A DNA stretch of 63,231 nt, the filler included, from Rhabdomonas costata (Eukaryota): assembly GCA_019059605.1 (NCBI GenBank). It is 18 parts of 18 records of this genome, joined end to end, with 100 filler letters (N's around TTAATTAATTAA, not from the genome) between each part and the next. Parts side by side here need not be neighbours in the genome. Positions count along the whole stretch, not along the records: positions 10,556 to 13,968 come from JAHMHO010000877.1; positions 14,069 to 17,486 come from JAHMHO010000878.1; positions 17,587 to 21,000 come from JAHMHO010000879.1; positions 21,101 to 24,513 come from JAHMHO010000880.1; positions 24,614 to 28,022 come from JAHMHO010000881.1; 13 more parts are not named here. One strand, 5' to 3'. The translations under genes and the position numbers were made by a program. A model generated the notes under the pieces. That model was not told the DNA's origin. It made no database searches and saw only the letters and a program-made list of their open reading frames with translations. Of the stretch, positions 13,360 through 24,800 are shown piece after piece (the stretch's first letter is position 1; every line of letters begins with the position of its first letter).

Positions 13360-13542
13360 TCAAGGAGGTTGGGGGAATAAAGGCGATATGGAGGGAGAGG
13401 AGGCAGGGGACCGTTTTGACGTCTTTGCGGGACTCGCGGGCTTGGTGGCCTTTGGGGCGGGACTGGCGCGCTTGGCGGCCTTCGGAGCGGGTCTAGCGCG
13501 CTTTGAGGGCTTAGCGGCGGGGCTGCGGGCTTTACCAACCAT
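13360..13542 (-). CDS. Short K/A/P/S-rich basic protein or exon, histone H1 tail-like
   Basis: MVGKARSPAAKPSKRARPAPKAAKRASPAPKATKPASPAKTSKRSP has about 10-aa repeats with SPA/PAPK motifs. It could also be the first exon of a longer gene. Confidence 0.45.
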   Translation of the reverse strand: MVGKARSPAAKPSKRARPAPKAAKRASPAPKATKPASPAKTSKRSPASSPSISPLFPQPP

Positions 13543-15838
13543 GGTAGGCAGGTCCGATGAAAGAACACTCACTGCTGGATTGAAAGGGAAGAATGAAGAG
13601 CTCTCTCTGAAGAGCTCTGGCTTTGGAGCTTTGGACCTTCATCTGATTTTGGAAAGGTCAGTAATGCTTTCTTTGCCTGTTTGCTCGACTCGCGGCTTTT
13701 TTCTCTGCCCTTTGTCTCAAAGTCTGCGTGCCCTTTTGCTTGCTCCCCGAGTTGATCGTGCTGCAGTAATATGCCCATGCCTTGTTACCCTGCAACGCTG
13801 CCGTAATCAACCGTCTTTCTGACCTTCCAGATTTTTGAATGCAAAAGAGAAGCGGAGAATATTCTTTGCACTTATTCTGAAATCTGCGAATCATCCCCAT
13901 ACCCCTTACAAATTTCACAACAATCGGGGGCCTTAACCCATGCATTCCCGTTGCACAGACCAAAAACCNNNNNNNNNNNNNNNNNNNNNNNNNNNNNNNN
14001 NNNNNNNNNNNNTTAATTAATTAANNNNNNNNNNNNNNNNNNNNNNNNNNNNNNNNNNNNNNNNNNNNTCTTTCCGAGACGCACCGCGACCCAGGAAGGA
14101 GTGTCCGGGGAATGGTAGTGGACGGGGTTGCAGGAAACCGAGGGCGACCGGTAGCACACCCTTTCCACGTGAGCCCCAGCCCCTGTGGAGCAATGTGAGT
14201 AGTACCGGCGCACCCGAGGGGCCACCCCTGAGGGCTCATCGGTGCAGCAAGCCAGCCGCAGCCCCTCACTGTGAGACCTTCGGTGAGGAAGCAGGCGGAG
14301 GTCCGTGGGACATGGGGAGACCCGCGTGGTGACCCTTTGGGAAAGCGGCGCGGCGGGCTCAGTGGGGAGAACCGTGGGAAGGGGAAACCTCGACAGAGCC
14401 ATCCTGCCTCTACCCACCTTGAAAGAGACGCTCAAAAGGGGGAAAAGAGCTACAGAAAAACGCTGGGGGGGGAAAGATGGTAAGTAAGACGGCTGCACTT
14501 GCAATGTCTCAACTCAACCCAACTGGTTAAGACAAGAAGAAGAAGAAACACCGACGAACAGCAAAAAAAAAGAGATGGATTTCTGGTCAAGTGATTTTCG
14601 CAATTTCGCCGAGCGCAGCGAACCTCAGGTCAGCATGTGTTTATTCCCTCCGGAGGGTGCCAGAAGGGGATATGGACGGGCAAGGAAGGGTGCAGCAAAC
14701 GATGAAATCACCTTCTAACCCGCCTTCTTCAACCTCTTTGAAACACAAAAAACGCGAGATATTGAGTACTGACAGCATAATCGTCAGTTTGTGTGGTAAG
14801 ACAGCGAAAGGTCAACATAGATAACGTTCAAAGGCCCCCATAAACAGCGCTAACTACGTTGGATCCTGCATCCTTCGAATCTCAGGGTGGTGGTACCCGC
14901 TTCCTGGCGATGGCACGGCAAGCCGCTCCTGTGGGATGCATGAACCTTGGATGGATATCAATCAGTTTAAAAGTTCCTCCCGCAATCCCTGAGAGCTCCC
15001 ATTCGAACACTTTCCAGAAGTCCGTATGACCCCACCTGCTTCGATATCTACTATATCACCACTCTGGTTCTGAGGCTCTGCCACAAATTGTAACGGCATC
15101 CAAGTTCAGAAGTTGCAGCTCATGACCCTATGACCCTGAAGAAGCTTCGAGCTATGCGTCGCTACGTGATAACCCTGGCTACGAAAAATGATGTTTTTCA
15201 GGTCCTTTGCCCACCCAGCCACACAAAAGGTCCAAAGAGAAAACACCAAACAGCAAACAAAAACAGCATGAGTTGCCGTGGGAAGCATGCCTATGCACAG
15301 TCAAAAAGGAGGGCAAGCACACTGCCTCCCTTGCACGACGAGGTGAGACCAACACACACATGAACCGATTTTCAGCTTAGGGGAAAATCGGCCTACAACC
15401 ACTGTGCAGGGCGGAAGGTGGGGACGACTTCGATCATCCTGAGGGAGTGCCTGTGCAGGACAAATGTGGGCCCACTACTCGGTACACTTCTCTCCCATCC
15501 TTCGGAATAATATAAAAAAATTATCGCATAGAGAAGGGACAAACTGCGGTCGGTGCTCCAGCCTGCATCAGTTTTCAATCAAAAACCTATCCTACTGCCA
15601 CTGATTGGTTGCTTCCTGCCCCCTCTTTCCGCAAAATTTTACCACAAAGGAGGACATGATTCAGCGATGCACGAGACACGAGACACGCGCTCCTAAAACT
15701 CGAGAGGACGGGGGGGGGGAATGCGAAGACCAATGGGTTGGGTCAGGTTGTGCGAGTTTAGGACAATCTGTTCAAAGTACAAAATCCGTACAAAAAAGAA
15801 GGGAAGCACCAAAAGAGAAGCACCACCTGAGCTCAGAC

Positions 15839-16834
15839 CCGAGGCCTCAGCGGCCTTGAGGAGTGCGGGAAGGGTTCCGCCCTCGAGGCCTTCCAACACG
15901 TTGCTCAGCGCATGGAGGCCGTAACCCTGGGGAATCGCCTCCTGGGGCCCACAAGAAGAAGATTTAGAAGGCAAAGGCAAACGCGCCCCATTACTAAGCA
16001 ATTACTAAGCAATGAAGAACATCCCCTTGAAACCTCAGGGGGTTGAGCAGGGCGAGAGAGCACCGCCCCAATCTTTCAAATAATTTCGGTCGGACCGCTG
16101 CGGATCAGCGGGTGTAGGTACTGATGGACACCACGAGACACAGAACTTCCAGGTTGCGCTTGCCTAGATGTGTAGATTGGGGCCCGTACTCTTCTCCTCC
16201 ACGCACTCTTTCTTCTATGAATGGTTTATTTCCGTCTTTCAATCGCAAAAACATACACCAACATAAACAAACAAACACAACTGTCCTTTAGACAAAATAA
16301 AATGGCTGCGACAAAAACTCTCCGAGCGCTAGAGATGGATAAAGTGCAAAGGTCATCCCAATGGAACAAGAGGAGGAACCAAAACTACAACCAGGGTACC
16401 CACCAACCCACCACGCAAGTCCGCCCCACCATTTTTTCGGGGGCCATGTGAAGCTGCCCGAGCTTCTGCTGGGTCTCCCTTTCCAGCTTCCCGGCGTGCA
16501 CCCGGACCCACTCCTGCAGGACAAACTCGTGGGGGTTCGGCGGCTGCTTAGCGACCAGCGCACTGATAAGCTCATCCAGAGCCGCAGCCAACCTTTTTAT
16601 TGTTGCCTTTTTTATCACAGCAAACGGAGAACACATATGACCCGCAGGCCAACGTAGAGGCGAACCCAAGAAACGCAGAAGTATTATGTATAAGGAGCCA
16701 GCAGAGTTGTTTTTGGAAGAAGGGAACCTCCGCACTGGCTGCTCACCTCCCTAGAATCCGGGAGCTCCCCCGCCTCCCGGGAGAAGGTCAGTTGCATCTC
16801 ATGGAATTCCCATGCTGATGTTTTCTTAGATAGC
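15839..16834 (-). CDS. Protein with an RIIa/Dpy-30-like docking-dimerisation domain (exons ~16834-16816, 16592-16430, 15941-15839)
   Basis: YLRKHQ/LAAALDELISALVAKQPPNPHEFVLQEW fits YL.KH.+...L.EL...L...QP.NP.EF. The downstream exon EAIPQGYGLHAL joins in phase 0. The first intron needs a GC donor. Confidence 0.6.
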
Positions 16835-17840
16835 CTGAGCATCTGTTCCTTTGGTGGAATAAAATGCCTCTGATAACTTCAGCGCAGTTCAGAAATGCAA
16901 GCCTAGGCACCTCACAGTAGAAGTCCGCATTACGGACGGCAGAAGCACGAAAAAGAGGAAGCAGACGTCTGTGTTTGAGAATTCTACAGAAGCTTGAAGG
17001 CACACGCAGTCTCATGTACCAATTATTAACCCGTCCGACACACACACACATGGCCTGTATTCTGATCAAACCAATTCTAAAAGGAATACCAAAATCACCG
17101 CTCTGGCATTGTAAAATCTGCGGGATGACACTTTCAGTGTGATGAAACTCACGCATCACACAGGTATCGGAACAAAACCTTTGATGTATATGCATGTACA
17201 CGTGCCATTGTTGTTGGGGTTGGGGTTTGCGTTTAGGTTACGCTGGCTTATTGGCCTCGTCCACCCTTTGTGTTGCCGTTTGTTACACTCAGTTTCAGCT
17301 GAGTGGATAGTACTACTTCCTCACCCTCTGCACTGGCAAGGGTACTCTCGCCATTTTGCTCAGAACTGGCGACAACAACAGATGAAAAAAGCACCGGACT
17401 AACTGTCATAGCCAAGCAAAGGCAATTTCAAATATCCGCAAAAGCCAAAAACGTTAAGCACTGCTAAGCGTATAACCCCCACACCCNNNNNNNNNNNNNN
17501 NNNNNNNNNNNNNNNNNNNNNNNNNNNNNNTTAATTAATTAANNNNNNNNNNNNNNNNNNNNNNNNNNNNNNNNNNNNNNNNNNNNGGTTGGTGGTAGGT
17601 TTCATTGATCACAGCACAATGCGTTGTTTCGCGACACTCCCGGAGCGTCTGAACGCATATTTCCGTCGAAAAGTTGACTTGAGGAGATGTGAACCACTGC
17701 AAAAGCTTCACAATCAGCGGCACCCGAGACGAGGATTGCAATCCTGGTTTTTTTCCAGCTCCACCCAACTCTTCATGTCGACTTTTTGCCCTTCCCATAG
17801 TCCGCAAACACATGTCTTGATTGCTGCCAGCTCAGAGGTT

Positions 17841-18932
17841 TCAAATGATCGAGACATGAAAACTTCTCTCCATTGAGGTGTTCCCATTATGAGGTGCACA
17901 AGGCTGGTGAGTGAGCCGTTTCGTGATCGAGGAAGATGTAGAGGAACAATCCATCGTGAAGGGCCCACAGCGGATAGTCGTTTCGTGGCTGGAATCTGCT
18001 ATCACCGCAGGAAAAACTTTTCTTCTCGCCCTTGCCAGGATCCTGATGGCTTTTGTCTCCTCTTCGCTATGCTGCCACACCACGGAGGAAGGAGGTATTT
18101 CCCTGTACCCAAGTCTCTCTTTGAAGTAAGGGTGAAGATCCTTTCGGCTTGAGATAACGGCGTTGCATAGCTTCTCCCGGCACTCGGGGTCGGCTGTCAC
18201 AAATCGAAAAGCGTTAGCTGGATGGGCTGACAAGGAAACCATCTGAGTGCTGAGCGAATTGCGGCTACTTGAAAACCTGACTGTGTGGTAGCGCACGTTG
18301 CAAAAGGTGCCATTGGGTTTCTGATACAGCTTTGCTCCGGAGACCACGTTGTCATGCAGTCGAACGGGGTTCAGAAAGTGGGTGTTGTTGCTTGATGGAA
18401 AAGCAACTTTTGGCGGCTCTCGAAAGCTCAGCTCTTTTGGCCACACCACAGAGAGAAAAGGCATTTTCTTGGAGTCTCGTGCGCACACGTCGCAAACTGC
18501 AAAGCACAGAACATTTCTCCACACGAAGGCTCGGGTCCAAGCAGATCCCATTACCGTTGTGGGTGGACTGTCCCAACCGATGGCAAGAGGTCTGCCCGAC
18601 GCGGTTGAGGTTGTCGAATTGTCTTGGTTGGCCTTCTTCTTTTTGCTGATGGAAAATAGACTCCCTTCTGCAAAATCTGTCACTGGCTGGGCCTTGTAAT
18701 CTCCAGAAACCATTACAGTTCTGCAGACTGCGCACTTTGTATCCCAGGGCTTCCGTGCCTCATGTAGGAACTCTTCTCTACTCTTGGGGGGTAGCTCTGT
18801 TACGGCACCATCATGAGGACCGGAGTAGTCCAGTGGAAATGCAGGGAACTTAACTCCCCATTGCTTCCGCAAAGCAGGAGGCAACAATCTCCAGACTAAA
18901 AGTGGGTTGGGACCCTTTAACATGCAAGCCAC
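17841..18932 (-). CDS. Intronless 363-aa ORF with two CxxC pairs, resembling the Helitron-associated DUF6570-type region
   Basis: Long ORF with no GC3 bias. KCAVC...VCDVCARDSKKMPFLSV is reminiscent of C..C...+P..S in Helitron N-terminal regions. The resemblance was judged by eye only. Confidence 0.35.
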   Translation of the reverse strand: MACMLKGPNPLLVWRLLPPALRKQWGVKFPAFPLDYSGPHDGAVTELPPKSREEFLHEARKPWDTKCAVCRTVMVSGDYKAQPVTDFAEGSLFSISKKKKANQDNSTTSTASGRPLAIGWDSPPTTVMGSAWTRAFVWRNVLCFAVCDVCARDSKKMPFLSVVWPKELSFREPPKVAFPSSNNTHFLNPVRLHDNVVSGAKLYQKPNGTFCNVRYHTVRFSSSRNSLSTQMVSLSAHPANAFRFVTADPECREKLCNAVISSRKDLHPYFKERLGYREIPPSSVVWQHSEEETKAIRILARARRKVFPAVIADSSHETTIRCGPFTMDCSSTSSSITKRLTHQPCAPHNGNTSMERSFHVSII

Positions 18933-19697
18933 TTTTGAAGGCCACTGGAAAAGCCGTTTTTGCTCTTCGGAAGGCTGAATTCCACAATAGTAGTGATCAG
19001 CAAGGCAGTGGGAGCAAAACAGCGCTGATGGAGATCTTGTCTAAAAGGGGTGGGGCAGGCAAAATGCGATTTACGATTTGCGATTTACCGAAGGATTTTG
19101 TTGCAATGAAACAAAAGGAAAGGTGGCAAAAAAAACGGAAGTTACCTCTGCGTGACAGAATGTGCCGATCCGGTGAACAAAACGTAGCTGCTGGCTTCGC
19201 GCAGGTAGATCGGAAAGAAAATCATGATGGGCAAGCGTTTCATTTGCTCTTACCAAGGGGACATCCACTCTTCCGCACGCTGCACAGTACAATGGTGACC
19301 GCGCAGCACTGTGCTCTGAGATCACGACTGAAACTCCAGGGAGAGTTGGGTGTATTGGCGGAGGTGAACGAGGTCGTGGTGTGCGCCGCGGCCGCGGAGT
19401 GCTCAGCTGCTCCACTGGTATGTAATCTTCATTTAGCACTTCCAACGCAGCGCATGTAAGAATGCTCATGTCCACATCTATGGCGTCCTCTTGAAAAAAT
19501 TCCATCGCAAACAAAAAAAACACAAGAAACCTAAACGCGCAATCCGTCGGGAGAAACAAATATGTGAGTGGGGTTTTTGTGCAAAATGCTGGCTGTGGCA
19601 GCTTTGTCGACAACCGATTTCTGGAAGTTATGTTGAGATTTCACGGTTCCAATGCGGAAGTTCTGATTAAACAACAACGTACCAATTTTGTTGCTTT

Positions 19698-20996
19698 TCA
19701 GTTTTCTCCACCGACTCTTATGTTCTCTTTCCCAAGAGGAGACTTCGCAGTGATGAATAAAACAACTCCAGGCAAGCCACACAATTCAGGCGGGTTGAGG
19801 CTGGAGGAACAGGGAGAGGGCATTTGGAATGTGGAAGGCAAAGGGCTTGATAAAACACCGAAAAGTGGAGGTGAAGGCCGGATTTGGGTTGGCCACCGGC
19901 AATAGGACTGATCGCGTTTCGAGAGAAGGTAGGGGAGAAGGAAAGTTGGATTGGCGAATACATTGAGCAGAATGGTAGATGCAAAGCAACAAGATGGTGA
20001 GAACAAGAGACTGAGAATGATGGGGAAAGGAGACACGGCCACCGCTGGCAGCAGGTTTATCGTGAGAACGAGGTGGTCTTTCACGGTGTACTCGGCATTG
20101 CGTGGAACTCCTGCTGGTGGCACCACTCTTTTAGCACAGTGTGGGCAGTCTAGGTACGCGGCTATTCCTCCCGCGTTTTGCTTCTCGATTGCTTCTTTTA
20201 GGGTGGAGCCGCCTGGGAATTCGACCATCAGCGCGTAGTGCATGTGCTCTGGCGACACCACCTCTTTCGAGCACTCAGGGCATGTTCCTGTCGTTCTTTG
20301 TGCTATCTTGCACATGTCCGGCTCTGCTGCTTCAGTGAGACCGTTCCAGAGCTGTCTCACGTCGGACTGGACATCTTGCCTGGCTTCCACGGGGCCTAAG
20401 TCCTTCAGAGCGGCGTAGGCTTCTTTCACAGCCGACGGCAGCGGTGGGCGTCCAGCTGCCAACTCTGATAGAACTGGAAGAACTTTTTCCGCGAGGGGCG
20501 TTTTCTTTTGAGCCAGGCTGTTTCGAAGGCTTGTCAGGAGTTCGGCATCTGCGGCGATAGCCTGAAGCATGGCATTCATCCCACAGTTCTCGTCGTGGTT
20601 GTCCAATCGCGGAGGCTTGCGGGTGGGAAGGGACCCTGGAGTCATGTTGTACATGCTCTGGATGGTGCGGGGCGCTGAGGTTTGAACAGCTGGCTCAGGG
20701 AGGGGAATTGGCCAGGCTCTTTCGCCCGAGGGACGAAACAACACAACGTGGATGCACGGTTTCCCCAGCGCTTTCAGACCCTCAATTTCTTTAAATCTTG
20801 CCCACACGCAGAGGTCGAACTTTGCGCCGATGGGGAACCTCTCCTCCAGCTTGTAGTTGATGGCGTAGGGGGACTGTCGTGGCGTCCCTTGCAGAGCCCA
20901 GCTGCCAGACAGGTATTCCAGCGCTTTTCGTCCACGAAAGGTGAAGTCCTGAATGTTACCGTCCTGCGTTTTCATCGTCACGGTAAACTCCACCAA
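19698..20996 (-). CDS. USP (peptidase C19)-like deubiquitinase domain, 5'-truncated; the reading after about 20040 may be intronic
   Basis: Cys box RLDNHDENCGMNAMLQAI, QD box ARQDVQS, finger CPEC...CPHC and DHLVLTINL occur in USP order. No His box was found. Confidence 0.65.
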   Translation of the reverse strand: MVEFTVTMKTQDGNIQDFTFRGRKALEYLSGSWALQGTPRQSPYAINYKLEERFPIGAKFDLCVWARFKEIEGLKALGKPCIHVVLFRPSGERAWPIPLPEPAVQTSAPRTIQSMYNMTPGSLPTRKPPRLDNHDENCGMNAMLQAIAADAELLTSLRNSLAQKKTPLAEKVLPVLSELAAGRPPLPSAVKEAYAALKDLGPVEARQDVQSDVRQLWNGLTEAAEPDMCKIAQRTTGTCPECSKEVVSPEHMHYALMVEFPGGSTLKEAIEKQNAGGIAAYLDCPHCAKRVVPPAGVPRNAEYTVKDHLVLTINLLPAVAVSPFPIILSLLFSPSCCFASTILLNVFANPTFLLPYLLSKRDQSYCRWPTQIRPSPPLFGVLSSPLPSTFQMPSPCSSSLNPPELCGLPGVVLFITAKSPLGKENIRVGGEN

Positions 20997-21111
20997 CCCC
21001 NNNNNNNNNNNNNNNNNNNNNNNNNNNNNNNNNNNNNNNNNNNNTTAATTAATTAANNNNNNNNNNNNNNNNNNNNNNNNNNNNNNNNNNNNNNNNNNNN
21101 TGTGGTGGTGG

Positions 21112-21153
21112 AACAATGGCAAGCGTGGAGTTAACTCCACGCTTGCCATTGTT
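21112..21153. repeat. 42-bp perfect palindrome at contig start
   Basis: aacaatggcaagcgtggagtt|aactccacgcttgccattgtt. Probably a fold-back artefact. Confidence 0.95.
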
Positions 21154-21765
21154 TCACTTCCCCATCAAACCACCACAACGCAAGGCGCCTTCAGATCAGT
21201 AAAAAAAATGAAAACGACTCTACCCAGCAATCAAGTGATGCTGATGAAGCTGATAGGGGGATCGATGGGACGGCTGGGAAGAAAAATTGGCACGTCAGTT
21301 TGCGATCTAGTGGAGTGACTTTTCGATGCGATGTACTGACGGGATGAAAAAGACTGGCCAAAACGGCTTACACAGTCAATTTCGTTTGCAGGTAAGTAGG
21401 GGTACGCGGGGTAGCGAGCAAATTAATTGTGGCTCTGTTTGACAAAGATGCCGATCAATCTGTGCTGTTAAAAACATAATCTCGGAAGAAAGTAAAGGAA
21501 AAAAGATGGACGGGGGCATGTATGACGTGCGCAAGCGAATGAAGATTCAATGCATATTCAGCACTTATTGCAAGCCTTTAGAGGGTAAAGCTGAAGCCGG
21601 CTCGGGGTCTTTTCTATGCACTGTGGTGTGTGGCCGGTCCTAAGGTGCAAGCCATTAAAACCTCTGAAATGCATGGGAACTGAAATATCGGGTTCCTCCC
21701 TGCTCTAACTTCAGCGTTTTACTCGCCTTCGCCCGCATCCCCGAGCTTCTGGATCCCCAAGATAC

Positions 21766-21889
21766 CTATTCTCGGAGCTGCTAAAAACGGACAACAGGTC
21801 CAGTGCAACCACCCAGCTGTACAGATATCCGTACAGCCCGACGTCGTAGCCTGTCGCGAAGCCAATCCAGGTGGCCCCGTAGTGGGTGT
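21766..21889 (-). CDS. Alternative, paralogous M3 peptidase exon; second version of exon 22792-22669
   Basis: 124 nt, tag| and |gtatct borders, phase 1 to phase 2, open frame (D)THYGATWIGFATGYDVGLYGYLYSWVVALDLLSVFSSSEN. 18 of 40 residues are identical to the upstream exon, with no gaps. Confidence 0.88.
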
Positions 21890-22668
21890 CTATTTCAAGA
21901 AATGGTAAGACGCACTGGTGGGGTGGGGTGGGCGTGGGCCCTAATGCCCACTATTTGCATGCATGCCCTTGCGATCCAAGTACCGAGTGCAAGACAACCG
22001 AAAGCCATCGGAACCATCCCCAACCCATCACCACCACCCACAATTCCGATGCAGTCACCGATGCTCAAAACGTTCAGGTTTTCAGTGAGCAAAATCAAAA
22101 GCAATGGCAAAATGGCAAAGTCACAAAAAATAACAAAAAAAAACGATGGCACCCAGAAAATGAAGGAAGGGGAGTGACGATGGAGGTTAATAAACGACAG
22201 CCAAGGGTCAATTGCGTATCAACAAAAACATCTGCACAGTCCGCGATATAGCAGAAAGAGAAAAAGGAAAAAACGTCAAAAAGGTCTTATCGCTCTTCCG
22301 GGGATCTTTCTGGGTATTCTCTGAGTGAAAAGGGTGACGTTCGGGCCGAATTAACTGGTCGAACCCACTGAAGCAGATCTAAAGCGGACCGAAGACTTAA
22401 GGACCTCATGTTGAGGGGTCAGGCACTTGAGATGACCATTCTCCGCCTCCGGGTTATAAATACACCACGATAATATATAATGGTTCTCTTTGGCCACTTT
22501 AAGGCCTTTTCAAAAAATTTCAACGACACAAGGGGTGCTTCGATCGTTGTTGTCCTGTATACTGAGACTAACTCCTCGGCCGGGGTTGATTAGAATACCT
22601 TTCAAAACGTTGGCGATCACTGAATCTTCATTGTGTACACAGAGCAGACACACAACACACAATCTTAC

Positions 22669-24513
22669 CCGGAAGGAGATCCCTGGAAACTGGCGAACAG
22701 GTCGTAGGCGCGCACGTCACTCCAGAGATAGCCAAAGTAGCCCGAGTCGTAGCCACTCACAGGGTGGTACCAAGTCGCCACAAAGTTGGTGCCTGAAGCA
22801 CATGGTCAAAGTCAAAGGATGCATGTGAGTAGAGACGAAACACAAGATATGCGACTACTGTAACTACTTGCATCAAGAAGCAAGCTACCACCATCAACCA
22901 TCAAAACCCGCCCCAATCACATTCTTCCAGGATATACAGCGCCTTCAGGAAAGAAAACAGAAGTGTAAACAGAAGAAGAAGAAGAAACAGAAAATTTTCC
23001 ATTTGCGCAGTTTTGGTGTGCTCCCAAAACACCCCCAGCGGTATAGCAATAGGGATGCAGTTTCCAAGGCCCCACAGTTGGTTCGCCGTTCGCCGTTCGC
23101 CGTTCGCGTGGGCAGTGTAGAACAAAGCGAATCAGCGAAGAGGCACCCCAAGTTGCACGGTAATTCAAGCAATAGATTGGCTGCATTCTCGAGCAAACGT
23201 GGACCTTAAAAAGCTTTTCCACGATCGATGTTGCCCGAAAAAAGCCGAAAAAAAACGTACCCTCAATGGACTTCTCGCCCAGGTACTTCTGCCTCATTCT
23301 GTCAAATAGCTGTGCACAGTCCAAGCCCTGCTGACCTTCGAAGTTGTAGGGCGGCGGGCCAGAGTGCAGTTTCATGTCGTAGGAGGCCAGGAAGACCAGT
23401 CCTGCGGTCCGATGCGGACACTACATAGCATATAAGGCTGGGTAAGAAATCCGGTTGAGAAAAAGGTGGTCCCAAAAAGGCGGAATCAACAATCTCGTCA
23501 TAACCCATTGCGTATAAAAACGCATTGCTGCTGCACACGAATAATCCAATACTCCACAGCAAGACCGAAGTTTTCTTGCCCAAAGCGCCTGACAGCTTTC
23601 CCTCCTCCCCCTCACCTTGGTAGTGGTACCCAATGTTGTGGTACTTCGCGGCGACCAGGCTGGTGACATCCTCCTGGGGGAGCGCCCTGTTGAGGTCCTC
23701 GTAGTGCCCCGACAGCCGCGCCAGCACCGGGGCCTCGAAGACCCACTGCTGGAAGGCCATCGACGGTACCTCTAGGAAATCTTGCTCCACCCCGCCCGGG
23801 TAGGGCACCATGGGCCAGGCCCACGAGAACACGGAGTACGGGGTGCGGGTGCAGAGGCAGTGCATCACGTGGCCGAACTCGTGGAAGAAGGTCTCCACTT
23901 CTCTGCGGAGGGGAAGGAGGATGGGGTGGAGGGGCAGAGTTTCACCGTAACCGATGATTCCCAAACAGGCCCAGTTCACATAAATAAACGCACACACAAC
24001 TGCGATACGAAGGTTTGCAAGACGTCTGCAAGACCGCGAACTTCAGACGAGCGACGCAAGATCATAGGTGCTTTCGAGTTTCGAGGGTCCACACCATACA
24101 TCTGTGGCCTTTTAGTCGATCGCTTTTCTGACAAACAAAACAAAGGCACCACCAAAAGACTACATGCGTATTGGTGGGGAGGTCTGAATATTTACTTAGG
24201 GGGACGGGGGTGCGTCTCCTCCAAAACAGAGTTCCCTCCCCAGACCTTTCCTGGGCAATGGGAACAGCCCTACACAGATCCGGCCAATGCAACACCACAT
24301 CCCGTCAAAATGCAAGTTACTTCGCAAAGACATTCTAAGAGACCGTCAATTCTCGTACAGTCAGTTCCATTGGCGAACGCCGGGAGGGCACCGGAAGGCT
24401 CCAAAGCCGATGGTTGCCGCACCTGAAGAGTAGCAGCGAGGGCCTGGAGCCCACCGGGGCGCTGAAGTTGCAGATCATCGCGCAGGCCGGCAGAACCCGA
24501 GCCCCACCCAACC
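22669..24513 (-). CDS. Peptidase M3A (thimet oligopeptidase/neurolysin family), internal exons 24513-24423, 23902-23616, 23401-23261, 22792-22669
   Basis: LPACAMICNF..PSLLLF/REVETFFHEFGHVMH (HEXXH)...VEQDFLEVPSM...LSGHY.../GLVFLASYDMKLH.../GTNFVATWYHPVSGYDSGYFGYLWSD. All introns are GT-AG and in phase. Confidence 0.95.
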
Positions 24514-24800
24514 NNNNNNNNNNNNNNNNNNNNNNNNNNNNNNNNNNNNNNNNNNNNTTAATTAATTAANNNNNNNNNNNNNNNNNNNNNNNNNNNNNNN
24601 NNNNNNNNNNNNNAGCGCCAGCTTCCGTCCTAGAGAAACAGAGAAATAGAGAGAGAAAGAGCCCTTCCCGAGGGCCTTCACCCCCCTTTGCTGGCCGGGG
24701 TGCATCAGAGCCTGAGCTTATTGAACTCCCGCGCCACCACGGCTCAGCATTTCCACACCCAATGTGACAGAGAGCACTTTTCAGTGCGTTCCTTGCACAG

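Noticed and set aside
23130-23175. LNYRATWG as another copy of the M3 loop exon
   Set aside because: No acceptor AG at the required position and no GYD or GY motifs follow.
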